Shown: piece after piece, positions 30,623-40,756 of the stretch
Layout of the letters: each line of letters begins with the position of its first letter
Numbering within the stretch: the first letter of the stretch is position 1
Assembly: GCA_020536535.1 (NCBI GenBank)
Contig: JAHLWZ010000938.1
Coordinates: 1 to 40,756 of the forward strand
Direction: 5' to 3'
Length of the DNA: 40,756 bases
Source of the DNA: Pelomyxa schiedti
Taxonomy: Eukaryota; Protista; Evosea
The notes under the pieces: model-generated
Told to the model about the DNA's origin: nothing
Database searches by the model: none
Seen by the model: only the letters and a program-made list of their open reading frames with translations
Translations under genes and position numbers: made by a program

Positions 30623-33600
30623 TTATGAGCCAGGATGTGGTGTTCTGGGTTCGGCTTGTAGTGATAAGTCAAAGCACTGGGTTTCTGATAGAGATTTCAC
30701 GTTGTTGAGCATTTTGATTATGCTGGCGGTGGTGTCAGTTGGAATTAATTAATTAGGTGGTGATTGTTTTGGGGGGTAGTTACCTATCTACTCGGGTGAA
30801 GTTGTAGGGCTTCTGTTGGTAGTTCTGAACCTCTTGAATCACTGCAGCTACCATCTTGAACTTGGCGAAATTAACATACCCTCCTTCTAATGAATCGGGG
30901 TTTCCTTCCTCTGTGAAGTGGTTTGCATTAATTTGATCGGAGGTTCTGAAAGTAATATACCAATGAATGTAAGGTCACTGAGGTAGACACCCAGGTATGG
31001 AATGCACGGAGGGTTTGCTTTTCGTATGGTTTCACGATAGTAGGAGAAGCTACCGTGAGGCGAAGTTAGCTGTTGCACAATACCCAGAGTCTTCAGCATA
31101 AGCTTATCTGCATTCACCTGATTTTTGTCAGTTCCTCCATCACAGGGAAAAAAGGGTACCTCCGCCCAGGTATTCTTTAGTCTCGTAATAGAAGCAGCCC
31201 CAAGGCCTGCAGACACTTCGAAAATCGCATTCATGTTATTCAGTTTTAACAGTTCCTGAAAGATATGAGTGAACATAGAAATAGGAAACAAAATACGTCC
31301 AAGAGCCGGACGAATCTTTTGATGATTATAACTCTTTTCTTGATATTCTGTTCCCTGACGATTGTCGTGGTGACCCAGTTGCTGATCTTCGTGTTGGTAA
31401 GTTAAAGAAGGAAGATTTTCAAAGGCATAGTACGGCGTTGAACTTCCGTATCATAACAAGGAGGTTTGGACTCCTTTCATCTTTATCTTTTTTGGACCAG
31501 CCAAGTGAAAGGAATTCCTTTGGTTGTATACTCTGCGCACACACTCAGTGTGATGGTTATACTTTCTAAATTTACATAAAGACAATCAAATTCCATCAAA
31601 CTGATTTGTCGGGCTAATTCCGTGGCATCCAAATCATCCAGTGTAATAAGTAGCTTGGGTACATTTGCCGGCAAAATAGGAGGTGGAGGTGGCTCACTGA
31701 AAATGAATGCTCGTGGTCCTCTCTGTTTAGCATAAACATGAGTTGGTTTATTCAGTGGTTTAGTACTGCTCCAGCAAGTTTGTTGTCCAGTTTCGTTTTG
31801 AGAATTCCAATTTCCTTCTTAAATGCATTTGCCTCAATGAAATTTTGATACGTGTCCAGAAGCACATCATCTCCCTCAAAATCGTGGAAAAAATTGTCAC
31901 ACCACCTCTTTAACACGTTGACGATTCTTTTTTTAATTTAGAAAAAAAACGAATATTACAGATGGAATACCTAAGCCGTGTCTTAGTTTTAAGGACCATG
32001 CTTGATTGCTGGTTCTGAAAGGTGTGAGAAATGACACAAAGGTTTTTACCAAACTGTGTCATTTTGTTCTTCAGGAGATGGATCGTTTTCGACAAATCTT
32101 GAGGTTGATCAGAAAATCCTCAAAAGAAAAGTAAAAACCCACGCTTTAAGAAGCATATCGAAAACTGTATTCGCATCAGTAAAGCTCCTATACGTGAGTA
32201 GAAATACGTCCATGTACACGGTTGCTGGAAAGATGAGAAACATAGGAAATTGATGAGAGAATACCATCAATGTTGCTCAGTGTGAAAAGCTGTTCTATCA
32301 GCTTGGGAACGGTCCCTAATCCCGGTCAGTATGCGTTTGTGCAGAGAAAAACGGACCTCCTTTTAGCTCTATAACATCTGGGTTCCTGAGCTCCGGTCCA
32401 TAAAGAAGCCCTTCAGTTGATGGCTGTCAAAAACGTAAGAAAAATATCTACTTGAGCCTTACACACTGTGATATCTGCTTCAAGAAGTGATACTGGAGGT
32501 GGTGCCGGAGCGGGAGTCGGAGTGACAATAGGAGATTCGGATTTCTGTGTGGAAGCCACAGAAAAAGAAGGTGGAGGTGGAGGCATGAACACGTCAGAGA
32601 GTTTCATTGGAGACGGCTTGAGTGGATCGACTTTCGGTGCCTCTACTTTTGGGGGCTCTGCTTTTGGTAACGGCTTGAAGGAGGCGCTTTTTACATCTGA
32701 TTTCGGGGTCTCTGTTTTCGGACTATCAAGAGCTGGCAATATTGGTGTTGTATCATTCTTCTGTAATAAGGTTTGTCAAAGTTAACGGCAATCAATATGC
32801 GGTACCAAATCAGATGTCTTGGTAGATAAGTATTCTTCATGTAGGTTAACAATATGTTTCTATACCATCGTTAGGGAAAATTTCCCAAGTTTACATACCA
32901 AGGAGAAAAGACCCCCAAGAAGAGAAAATAATTCCATCCGTAGAATTATATTTTCCTGCGCTACAGAGGATGTATCATTGGATGACCGTTTACAATCAAC
33001 AGCAATGCATGACTGTGAAATTGCAGTTGACAATTCAGGATATTTGGTAAGAGCACTGTTGGTAACGTAAATGAATGCTTTTATTATTTTTTTTACTCAC
33101 TAGGATTTTGATGAAGAAAATTCATCCTTCAATTTCTGAACGTCTGTTGCCAATTTCTTGTTTTCTTCTTGTAGTTCAGTACTGTCTTGTCGTGCCTTAG
33201 TTACAGATTAACGGCAAGAAGGAATTCACCTTTTGGGCTAGGAGAGTTCAAGAATGAGTGCCACTTGGATAGCCATTCATCACCATCTACGAACTGTGCA
33301 TCACTTCTGAAGTTCTATTAATCCATTAAAATAATAAGTGCTTGGAGCAGACGATGTTCTTGGCCTTGCAGGTTGTGCAGCTTGAATTTGTGCTGCCGCT
33401 GCAGCCGCGGATCCAAATCTTGGTTTAGCAAGAGGCTTTCCTTTTCCTGGTGGCGTTCCTGTAGCTGGAGGTGCTCCCATTGCCATTGCACATGCCACCA
33501 TTGGTGTTACAGTAGAGGATATAGCGTTTGGTGGGGAAGATGTTCGAATTGGAGCTGGGTGATTTAAACTTAGAATGGAGGATAATTGAACTAGGCTACT

Positions 33601-35060
33601 TTTCAAAATGCCTTTCTTTAGTAAGTCATCAGCAGAAGGTCTTCGCCTCAGAAAAGGTTCTAGTACCTTTGTTTGGGTGGCCGACAATGTAAAGTGAGCC
33701 TAAAAATGGGTACTTGGTGCACAGCATCAGATTTTGAATCAAAACTGGTTGCACTGTCAATAGACTCGTGCTGCCTCTCCTCAAAAGTGTGAAATTGTGT
33801 GTAATCGTGGAAATCTAGGAGTCTAAGGCTGAAAAGTGCATGGGAACACGCTACCTAGGGATGAGCAGCGCTTAAGGGGAGTAGCCGTTTGAGATGGGGT
33901 TGGTGCTGCAGATGACGGTGGTGCTCCTGTAACAGAAAATTAGTTCAATTTTAGGTGCCTTTAAAAGACACCTGGCTTGGTCTTCATTGATGGAAGGTTG
34001 AACGTTGGTTGAGACATTGAAACGGCAAGCCTTCCAACAGGCCTTTGTCCCGGAGAGTTTGCCTGATAAAGTTAGCTCAGGCTGTTTCAAGGTGAACAGT
34101 ACTGATTTTGGTGGGGGAGCAGTAATAGTCCTGACGGGTGGTGTTGCACGACCGTTTGGAGGTGTAGAAGCGAAATGTTGAGGAGTAGTAGGTGAGTTGG
34201 AAGCTGGTGTAGCAGTTCCATTTTTCTTTTGTGGTGGAACAGCTGGAGGTGCATGTCTAGGAGGAGGGGATGCCACTTCAGTCTCCTGTGGACTTTCTGA
34301 GGTTGATTTCTCTGGCGGGGCAGGTGCCCCAGAAGGTGGAATTGATGCCGGAGTAGCAGTGGAAACGCTCGGGGTGGTTGCAGGAGTGTGGGAAAGTGGG
34401 GGAGAGGGTGATTTTCCCGGTGGTATAGCTGCTTGTGTTTGTTGGGTTGCTGCGGATGTTTGGGGTGTTGACTGTGGAGTTGATTGCGGACTTGTTGGAG
34501 TTGGTGCTGTAGTGGGTGGGTTTGAAGGTGAGGATGGTGTTGTGGGAGGAGCTCCTGAATTAAGCTGGGCAAGAGCCCCCAAGCACCGGAAAACCTGTGG
34601 TATATTAATCCCAGAGAGGAGTGATTCCTAATGTACTTGAGGAATATTGTATTCGTTGTATAAATCTGTGACAGTAAATAAATCTTTTGGATCAACACCC
34701 AATTTCTTGCAGCCATTAATGAAATTTTCAATATTTGTCTGAGGACAGTGAAAACCAACACCTCGCGAATCAAACGCAATAAGAAAACCTTGTGATAAAG
34801 AACGCCTGGTTTAGGTGGCACTACTATTTGCGGTGACAAAGTATTGATTGCACTGAATGAAAAAATAAGACTGGGGATGCACTGCTGCAATTCACATACT
34901 TGGATAGAATGACACCAGACCGCAGTCCTTTGGCAATGTTTCCTGTGTTTAATTGGGTCGCTGATGTATCCCCAGGAAGGGTCTTCTGTATCCACTCAAG
35001 AGCCTGTTCTGTAACATAATTGAGAAATTAAGGACCCGTACACAACATAGTACTGGCCAT
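30623..35060 (-). CDS. Ras guanine-nucleotide exchange factor: CH domain, Pro-rich region, RPEL motif, REM and CDC25 domains
   Basis: N-terminal MAKQALEWIQKTL..GLRSGVILSK..IENFINGCKKLGVDPKDLFTVTDLY (CH). LEPFLRRRPSADDLLKKGIL (RPEL). GGTVPKLIEQL..FLLTYRSF (REM). [51 protein letters not shown] and LSLQAEPR (CDC25). Confidence 0.88.
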
Positions 35061-35382
35061 TAAAGTTCATTAAACAAGAAAATTAATACTTCGAAAAAAA
35101 AAAAAAAAAGGCAATAGGAACAAAACTAAATAGCCATGGCAACCCATGTAACAAGAAGCGAAAAGGAAAAATAAAAAATAAAAAAATAAAAAAAACCCAC
35201 CGGCGGTCATCTCCTTCGGAAGTGTTTTTTCTTTTGTGCGTTGTTTTTTGATATCCAAACGGTGGAAGTTTGTTAAAGATTTTTGTGCCTTAAAAAAGGC
35301 GGTGATGTGATGAACGGGGGTGTTGAATTTGTGGCCGAAGGGGCGAGCCGTGGTTGGTTCTCAGCAACATAGCTCTATTCAC

Positions 35383-37821
35383 TCACAAAAAGAGGTTCTG
35401 CCTCTCGTGAATCGGGGAGCGGCAGAAGGGGCACTTCTTGACTACAGAAGCACACTGTGTAGGTATACATGAGTTAGTTGTTGCGGTTTTTGTTGTTGGG
35501 TGTTTGTTTACCTCAAAGCAGAGAACGCCATGGCCACAGGGGTGAAGGCGGACGTTGCGGGGCCGCTCGTCGCATACGATGCACTGTATGGTGTCGCTTG
35601 CGATGCCGGATGAAGCCTGAGTGCCAAGAGACGAGAGCGCGAGGGGGCACCCTATCGCGGAGGCGGCAGAGGGGCTTGGTGGGTCGAAGAGGCAAGAGGA
35701 TGAAAGGGACTGGGAGCTCGACGTGAGGACTAGCATGGTGAGCGCTTGTTGGGCGACCGGAAGCGCGCTGGAGAGCTCGCTATGGACTTCCGGGCAAATC
35801 ATGAACGAGGCATCTCCTGACAGAGCACCCTGCAGCATGCGCTTCTGTTTGCACTCCGCCTTGAGCTGATTGTGTGAACACACAGCGTCATCGAGTTCCT
35901 TTTGCAGAGAATCGCCGCGGCTGCACTCGTCGGAGTATTCTTTTGACAGAGTTTCGTACTTTTCCAGCAGATTGGTACACTCCTTCAACGTGATTTGTCT
36001 CAAGCTACTGAGGGTATCTCTGACCTCCCGCAACGAAAACGGCGGTGCAGTGAAGATTGAACCACACTGGTGATCAACATGAATAGGCTTGACCATCTCA
36101 GAATTCCCATCTATACTCATGTAAGCGATAGTCAACAACAATCTGGTAATTACCTGGTGACGCTGAAGTAATACTACTTTCCTGTGGTTTGGTTCTCATA
36201 AAGGTTTGTGTCAATGTAAGAATGTGGCTTGAGGCTTGCTGTATCTCTAGCTTGCTACTGTTTACTGTGAGTGACTTGCCAAGCAGCTCGTCACATCGCA
36301 TTTCTGACTGGGTGCGTTCCTTCATCAGTGCGTCTTTCAGTTTGGTCATACAGAGCAAGTGCTTTTCCAGTTCCGCTGTCCTTTCTTTGGCTGGTTTCAG
36401 ACTCTGTTTCAATTGCTCAAGGGAATCCTCATGCAGTTTCACCTCTTCCGCAATGCTATTTAGCTGTTCTTTCACGCTTGTTGCCAAATTATAAACTGAA
36501 TTGAGTTCTGCAAGCGCTGGACCTGCTCCACTGAATTTGAGTACCTCTCCCTCCGTTTGGCTTTCTTTTTGCTCGATAACTTGTTTTATCTGATTTGCTT
36601 CTTGTTGGGCAGCATCAAGTTTTTCCTGCAGTTGTACTTTCGCTTCTTTCTCTTGTGTAAGTTTATCTTTCAATTCCCTCAATTCCTATTTAACGTGATT
36701 AAAGAAGGCTCTCTGAAAATGAAACCTTGTGAGATAAATAGCTTGACTGTCCCATGTGATGAAAAGCTCCACCGGTTCCTTTAAAGTCACTATTCTGTAA
36801 AACCCCAAAGAGCTTCTCACCGCCAAGTGTAGCAGTACCCTCCCCAGTACCACCTAGCACAGTACCGCCTAGCGTTCCCCTTCCTTCTGTAAAGTCGCCT
36901 ACGAACTCATCTCCATTTGGCCACGTTCTGGTTCCGTAACTCATATTCCCGGTCACCCATTGTCCCCTAAAGGATGATCCATCATGATGCCAGGTCTTCG
37001 TGCCTGAGCCATGTTCGCGCCCAGCTTCCCACTCACCTTCGTACTTGGTTCCACTGGTCCAAACACGTGTTCCCTTGCCAGACATCTTTCCTTCCTTCCA
37101 GCTCCCTGTATAGCTCCCGCCATATTCGTACAGCTTCTGCCCTTTCCCACTTTTTTGACCATACGCGAACTGACCCACATATACCCAACCTTTAGTTGGG
37201 CTTGTGTAGGTCCCATAACCATGCATCACCCCCCTGCGCCACTGACCCTCATACTCTGTTACTGTGGCATGTACCCCCGTCTGCTTCCTCCTCATAACAC
37301 CCCAACCGTGCCTCAAATCCTCTCCCTTCACCGCATCCCACAACCACTCTCCATTGTACACGCTGCCATCGGCGTATGTCAGCATACCACTTTTCCGGTG
37401 TCCATCTCTCCAGAGACCATCATATCTCCTTCCATCCGCGTAGGTCTCCACGCCCCACCCATCCCGTTTATCCTGGCACCACTCTCCATCATATTTTGAA
37501 CCTTCCGCAAACCAGGAGTACACTCCGCGCCCGTCCTTCTTGCCTTCTCTCCACTGCCCGTCGTAATTATCACCAGTATCCCATGTGTACTTGCCGGCGC
37601 CATCCCTCAGTCCTTGCACCATCCTTCCCGTGTATGTTCCACTACTCTCCCCTTCACCGCATCTCCTCAATGTAACATTCTCCACAGACTCGTCGGATAT
37701 GGAAGTCCCCTCTGTATGTGCATTCACGGTGATCGGGCGTCTCTGCGTGAATAGAGGTAGCATTTACAGCGCCGCTTGTTAAGCAATTAATATTAATTAC
37801 ACAAGTGAGATCTGACGACAT
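35383..37821 (-). CDS. MORN-repeat, coiled-coil, C-terminal RING (C3HC4_3-type) protein, putative E3 ligase
   Basis: About ten MORN repeats (YxGxWxxGxxxGxGxxxWxxG), a heptad-rich middle region and CIVCDERPRNVRLHPCGHGVLCFE|CASVVKKCPFCRSPI. Exon 1 MSSDLTC starts at 37821. Confidence 0.88.
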
Positions 37822-37995
37822 TTTTAGTGTCGAACAGACAAAGCAGGGGATTGCTGCCAAACCAAAAAAAAAACGATCATCAACTGTCGAATGACATGTT
37901 AAACCACCTGCTCGTTGCTTCCTTGGATCTTTGGCACCTGCCAATCGACCCTTGCTTTATTTTATCATAAAATAAAAAAAAACAACGCCACCGAA

Positions 37996-38975
37996 ATGGT
38001 ACGTACCGCCCGTTCGTCTTTCGACTTTTCTTGGGTCGTCGTTTTGTTTGTCGCTCACCTACAAGTCTCACACACAGCCGTTCTGCACCAACTGTGGAAC
38101 CAAGTGCCCTGACGGGGGCCGCTTTTGCCTCGAGTGTGGGACCCCGATGCCGCCCGACACGGGGGCATCCCAACCCCCTCCTACTTCTACAACGACGCCC
38201 GCGGTGACTTCTGTGAGGAGAGCGGTGGGTATTGACCTTTCCGAACCGGAGGTGGTGGAAGTCGAGGCTGAAATCGTGCATAGTACCAGTGCGTACCTTT
38301 CCTTTTGTAGTTTGTGGGTTTCTTTCTGACGGTTTATTGTTACTATTATTTTATTGGCAGCAATATGCCCATATTGCAACAAGGAGGCGATAGATCCCTT
38401 GCTGGATAAGATTGTGGGTGAGCAGCGTTACCATCTTAACTGCTTCAACTGTTCTGTATGTCTATTCTGCCACTTTTTTTATATAACTCAATGCGGGACT
38501 CACAGGAATGTGGTTCTTACCTTGGCTCATCCAAATTTGTGCGCGATCCCCGAAACCCTGGAAAATTCTTGTGCAATGCCTGTAGGTTCATTGCTAACAC
38601 TACCCCTACTAGCCGTGAGGGTGAACCCGGCTATGTAGTCAATAGGCCCAACATGAGGGGTATTCCAGATTGTTTATTTATCAATTTAACTTGTTTCAAG
38701 GCACTGGAGGGGGAAGTGATAATATATGTGCCAAGTGCGGAAAGACCGTGTATGACAGGGAAAAGCTCCAATACGGTCCAAGGAAAGTGTACCACAAGTA
38801 TTTACTCCATACTTCTTCTGCCGGGAACCCTAACAAAATGCCTCTGAATAGGCTTTGCTTTACTTGCAGTGATTGTGGGAAGAGAATAGACCTCAGCTCT
38901 CACCAAACTGCCAACGAAATGCCCTATTGCAAGGCCTGCTTCCCCAAGCACAGCGGTGTTCACTTGAAACACTAA
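37996..38975 (+). CDS. Zinc-ribbon plus two LIM domain protein
   Basis: ATG, intron 37999-38077, then PFCTNCGTKCPDGGRFCLECG. LIM1 CPYC..HLNCFNCS|ECG..LCNAC. LIM2 CAKCGKTVY..HK|LCFTCSDC..PYCKAC. Confidence 0.88.
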
Positions 38976-39178
38976 ACACCCTATAAAAACCCCCAAGTCC
39001 CAATATCCTATCAAAAAACACAAATCCACAAGAAACAACACAAAAAAGTAAACGAAAAAGGTTTGTCTTCTATGTCATTCTTTTTTTCTCCTTGTGTATT
39101 TTAACACACAAGCACAAGGGGTTTCCATCAAATTGGTTTGGTTTGTGGAATTGAGAGCTGGTTCCAGATCGAATTGCT

Positions 39179-40099
39179 TCAGAGCTTCTTCTTTGGGGCG
39201 GCCTTGGGCTTCTTTGATGGGACTGTTGTTGTGCTAGTTGCTGCGGGTGCTGGCTTGTTGGCTCCCTTCTTGGCTTTCTTGCCTGCTTTCTTTGGTGGGG
39301 CTGGTTTCTCAGCAGCGGTTGTTGGCGCTGGTGTTTTTGGCTCTGGCTTCTTGGCTGCGGGTTCTGCCTTCTCTTTCTTGGGTACGGGCTCCTTCTTTAC
39401 CTTTGAGGGCTTTGCCTTGGGTGCTTCGAGTTCTTCCTCAGCTACTTCCTCTTCCTCCGCTACCTCTTCTTCCTCCTTCTCCTCGCCAGCTTCTTCTCCC
39501 TCTTCCTCGTCCTCGTCTTCACTGTCATCGTCTTCCATTCCGTCCATTTCGTCATCATGTTCAGGGAACCCATCAAAATTGTCCTCCTCAAGAACTCCAA
39601 CAAAGTTGAGCACCCCGGCTCCGGTTGCTTTGAATTGCACCTGCATGTGAGTGGTTAGTATTCCGGCGTTGTTTTCTCGTTGCGAATGTGATACTATCTT
39701 ACTACATCTACTAAGATAACAATAATTACCTTTGCGGATGGCGGGAACTGAAGGAGGCAAGAATGCTGTGGGTTCTCGTAAGAAAGTATAGCGAGAGTGA
39801 AAGTCTCCTCCTCGTCAACGAGTTGTTGTATGATTACTTCGACTTCGCATTTTTCTCCTGGCTTTACCTTGGACAGAGAAATCTACGGTAAAAAGCTAAG
39901 TAAAAAAAAAAAGGGAAAAAAAAGGAAAAAAAAAGGGGGGGAAGAGCGAGGGTACGTGATTAAGCCTCAAGGAACAATCTTCGGGAATAACGGCCGAGAT
40001 TATGCTACCAGCCGCAACGGTCGATCCTGGAAGCAAGTAAGAACTTATGTGACGAAAATGCACATTAGCAAACACACCCCAGAAACTGAATGACGACAT
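39179..40099 (-). CDS. Nucleoplasmin-like (NPL) domain histone chaperone with an acidic tract and Lys/Pro/Ala-rich basic tail
   Basis: MSSFSFWG|STV..LRLNH|ISL..FTLAILSYENPQHSCLLQF..|VQFKATGAGVLNFVG follows the NPL-core pattern (FWG...hxhxG), then a D/E tract and a basic tail. 4 exons. Confidence 0.75.
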
Positions 40100-40342
40100 T
40101 CTAATGTAATCGTCGACGTATGCCGGCAGCTGGTGGTCGATGGGTTTTGTTTTCTTTTAAGACTGTATTTTTTTCAAGATCAGATTATCCCCTGGGTTAA
40201 GACAAACGTGAAAGCTTTCACGCTACGCACACAGCGTGGAGTATCGGATGGAACAAATTGCTCCCTCCAGTGAGATCAGAGGGTTAATCAACTCGGAGGA
40301 AGATCACTTACGAAAATTCACAAAGCTCGAAACCAACGCGAG

Positions 40343-40547
40343 ATGAGCGGGACGAACAGCAAGGGCAGCAAGGCGCCGGGGTCGGCGTCGGCTGCGAGCG
40401 GGGAGGGAGACTTGGAGAGCGTGGTGACGCACGTGGCGGGGCGGGTGTCGCGGGCGCTGGGGCTGACGGCGACCAACAAGGCGCTGGCGTGGACCCTGGT
40501 CAACGCAATGAAGGGCCCAAGGAACGACCTGTCTACCTTCCAGCGCG
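40343..40547 (+). CDS. First exon of a gene truncated by the window end; possibly the PWI-like N-terminus of a Prp16/Prp22-type splicing helicase
   Basis: GC-rich open exon MSGTNSK...VVTHVAGRVSRALGLTATNKALAWTLVNAMKGPRNDLSTFQR followed by donor gtgcgt. The resemblance to DEAH-helicase N-termini is from memory only. Confidence 0.4.
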
Positions 40548-40609
40548 GTGCGTGTGTGTGTGTTGTTTTGTGTGTCGACGGTGTACTGTGTGTTCTTGGG
40601 TGGTTTTTG

Positions 40610-40756
40610 TTGTTTGTTTGTTTGGGTGGTTTTTGTTGTTTGTTTGTTTGTTTGTTTGTTTGTTTGTTTGTTTGTTTGTTTGTTTGTTTGTTTGTTTGTT
40701 TGTTTGTTTGTTTGTTTGTTTGTTTGTTTGTTTGTTTGTTTGTTTGTTTGTTTGTT
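40610..40756 (+). repeat. (GTTT)n microsatellite in the first intron, running off the window end
   Basis: Pure TTTG repeats from ~40637 to the end, preceded by a duplicated ttgggtggtttttgttgtttgtttg unit. Confidence 0.95.

Noticed and set aside
34087-34995. 302-aa ORF overlapping the RasGEF 5' region
   Set aside because: Mostly an alternative frame across several exons and introns of the CH/Pro-rich region.
35305-35380. C-box-like GTGATGA as a snoRNA
   Set aside because: No D box (CTGA) or terminal stem at a suitable distance.
40637-40756. Terminal (TTTG)n as a telomere
   Set aside because: It begins just after a splice donor of an unfinished gene. An intronic microsatellite at an assembly or window break is simpler.

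Overview
Gene-dense eukaryotic (protist) DNA with many very short (~40-50 nt) GT-AG introns. An amoebozoan origin is inferred, not proven: the U6 promoter carries a Dictyostelium-type DUSE element, and the expanded gene family resembles lineage-specific families I recall from the archamoeba Pelomyxa. Intron-rich genes assembled by eye: 26S proteasome ATPase RPT1, a C2-TPR-PH-PH-CaaX protein, a TBC1D13-like RabGAP, a secreted single-MRH-domain protein, ALDH16, a CH-RPEL-RasGEF, a MORN-coiled-coil-RING protein, a Zn-ribbon/2xLIM protein, a nucleoplasmin-like histone chaperone and the first exon of a possible Prp16-like gene. A U6 snRNA gene lies at 11313-11422 (-). The notable region is 11.5-24.1 kb, an array of about nine intronless paralogs and pseudogenes. 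They share an unrecognised N-terminal module ([AM]-x-x-Q-[VF]-x-A-[LV]...HPRCG...W-x-W), a hypervariable probable beta-propeller and a DNA-conserved C-terminal block, and they show mosaic similarity patterns. A ~1 kb dispersed repeat (two copies) contains a canonical short intron, a small Cys-rich ORF and a motif resembling the U6 upstream element. Exon structures were assembled manually, so boundaries may be slightly off.
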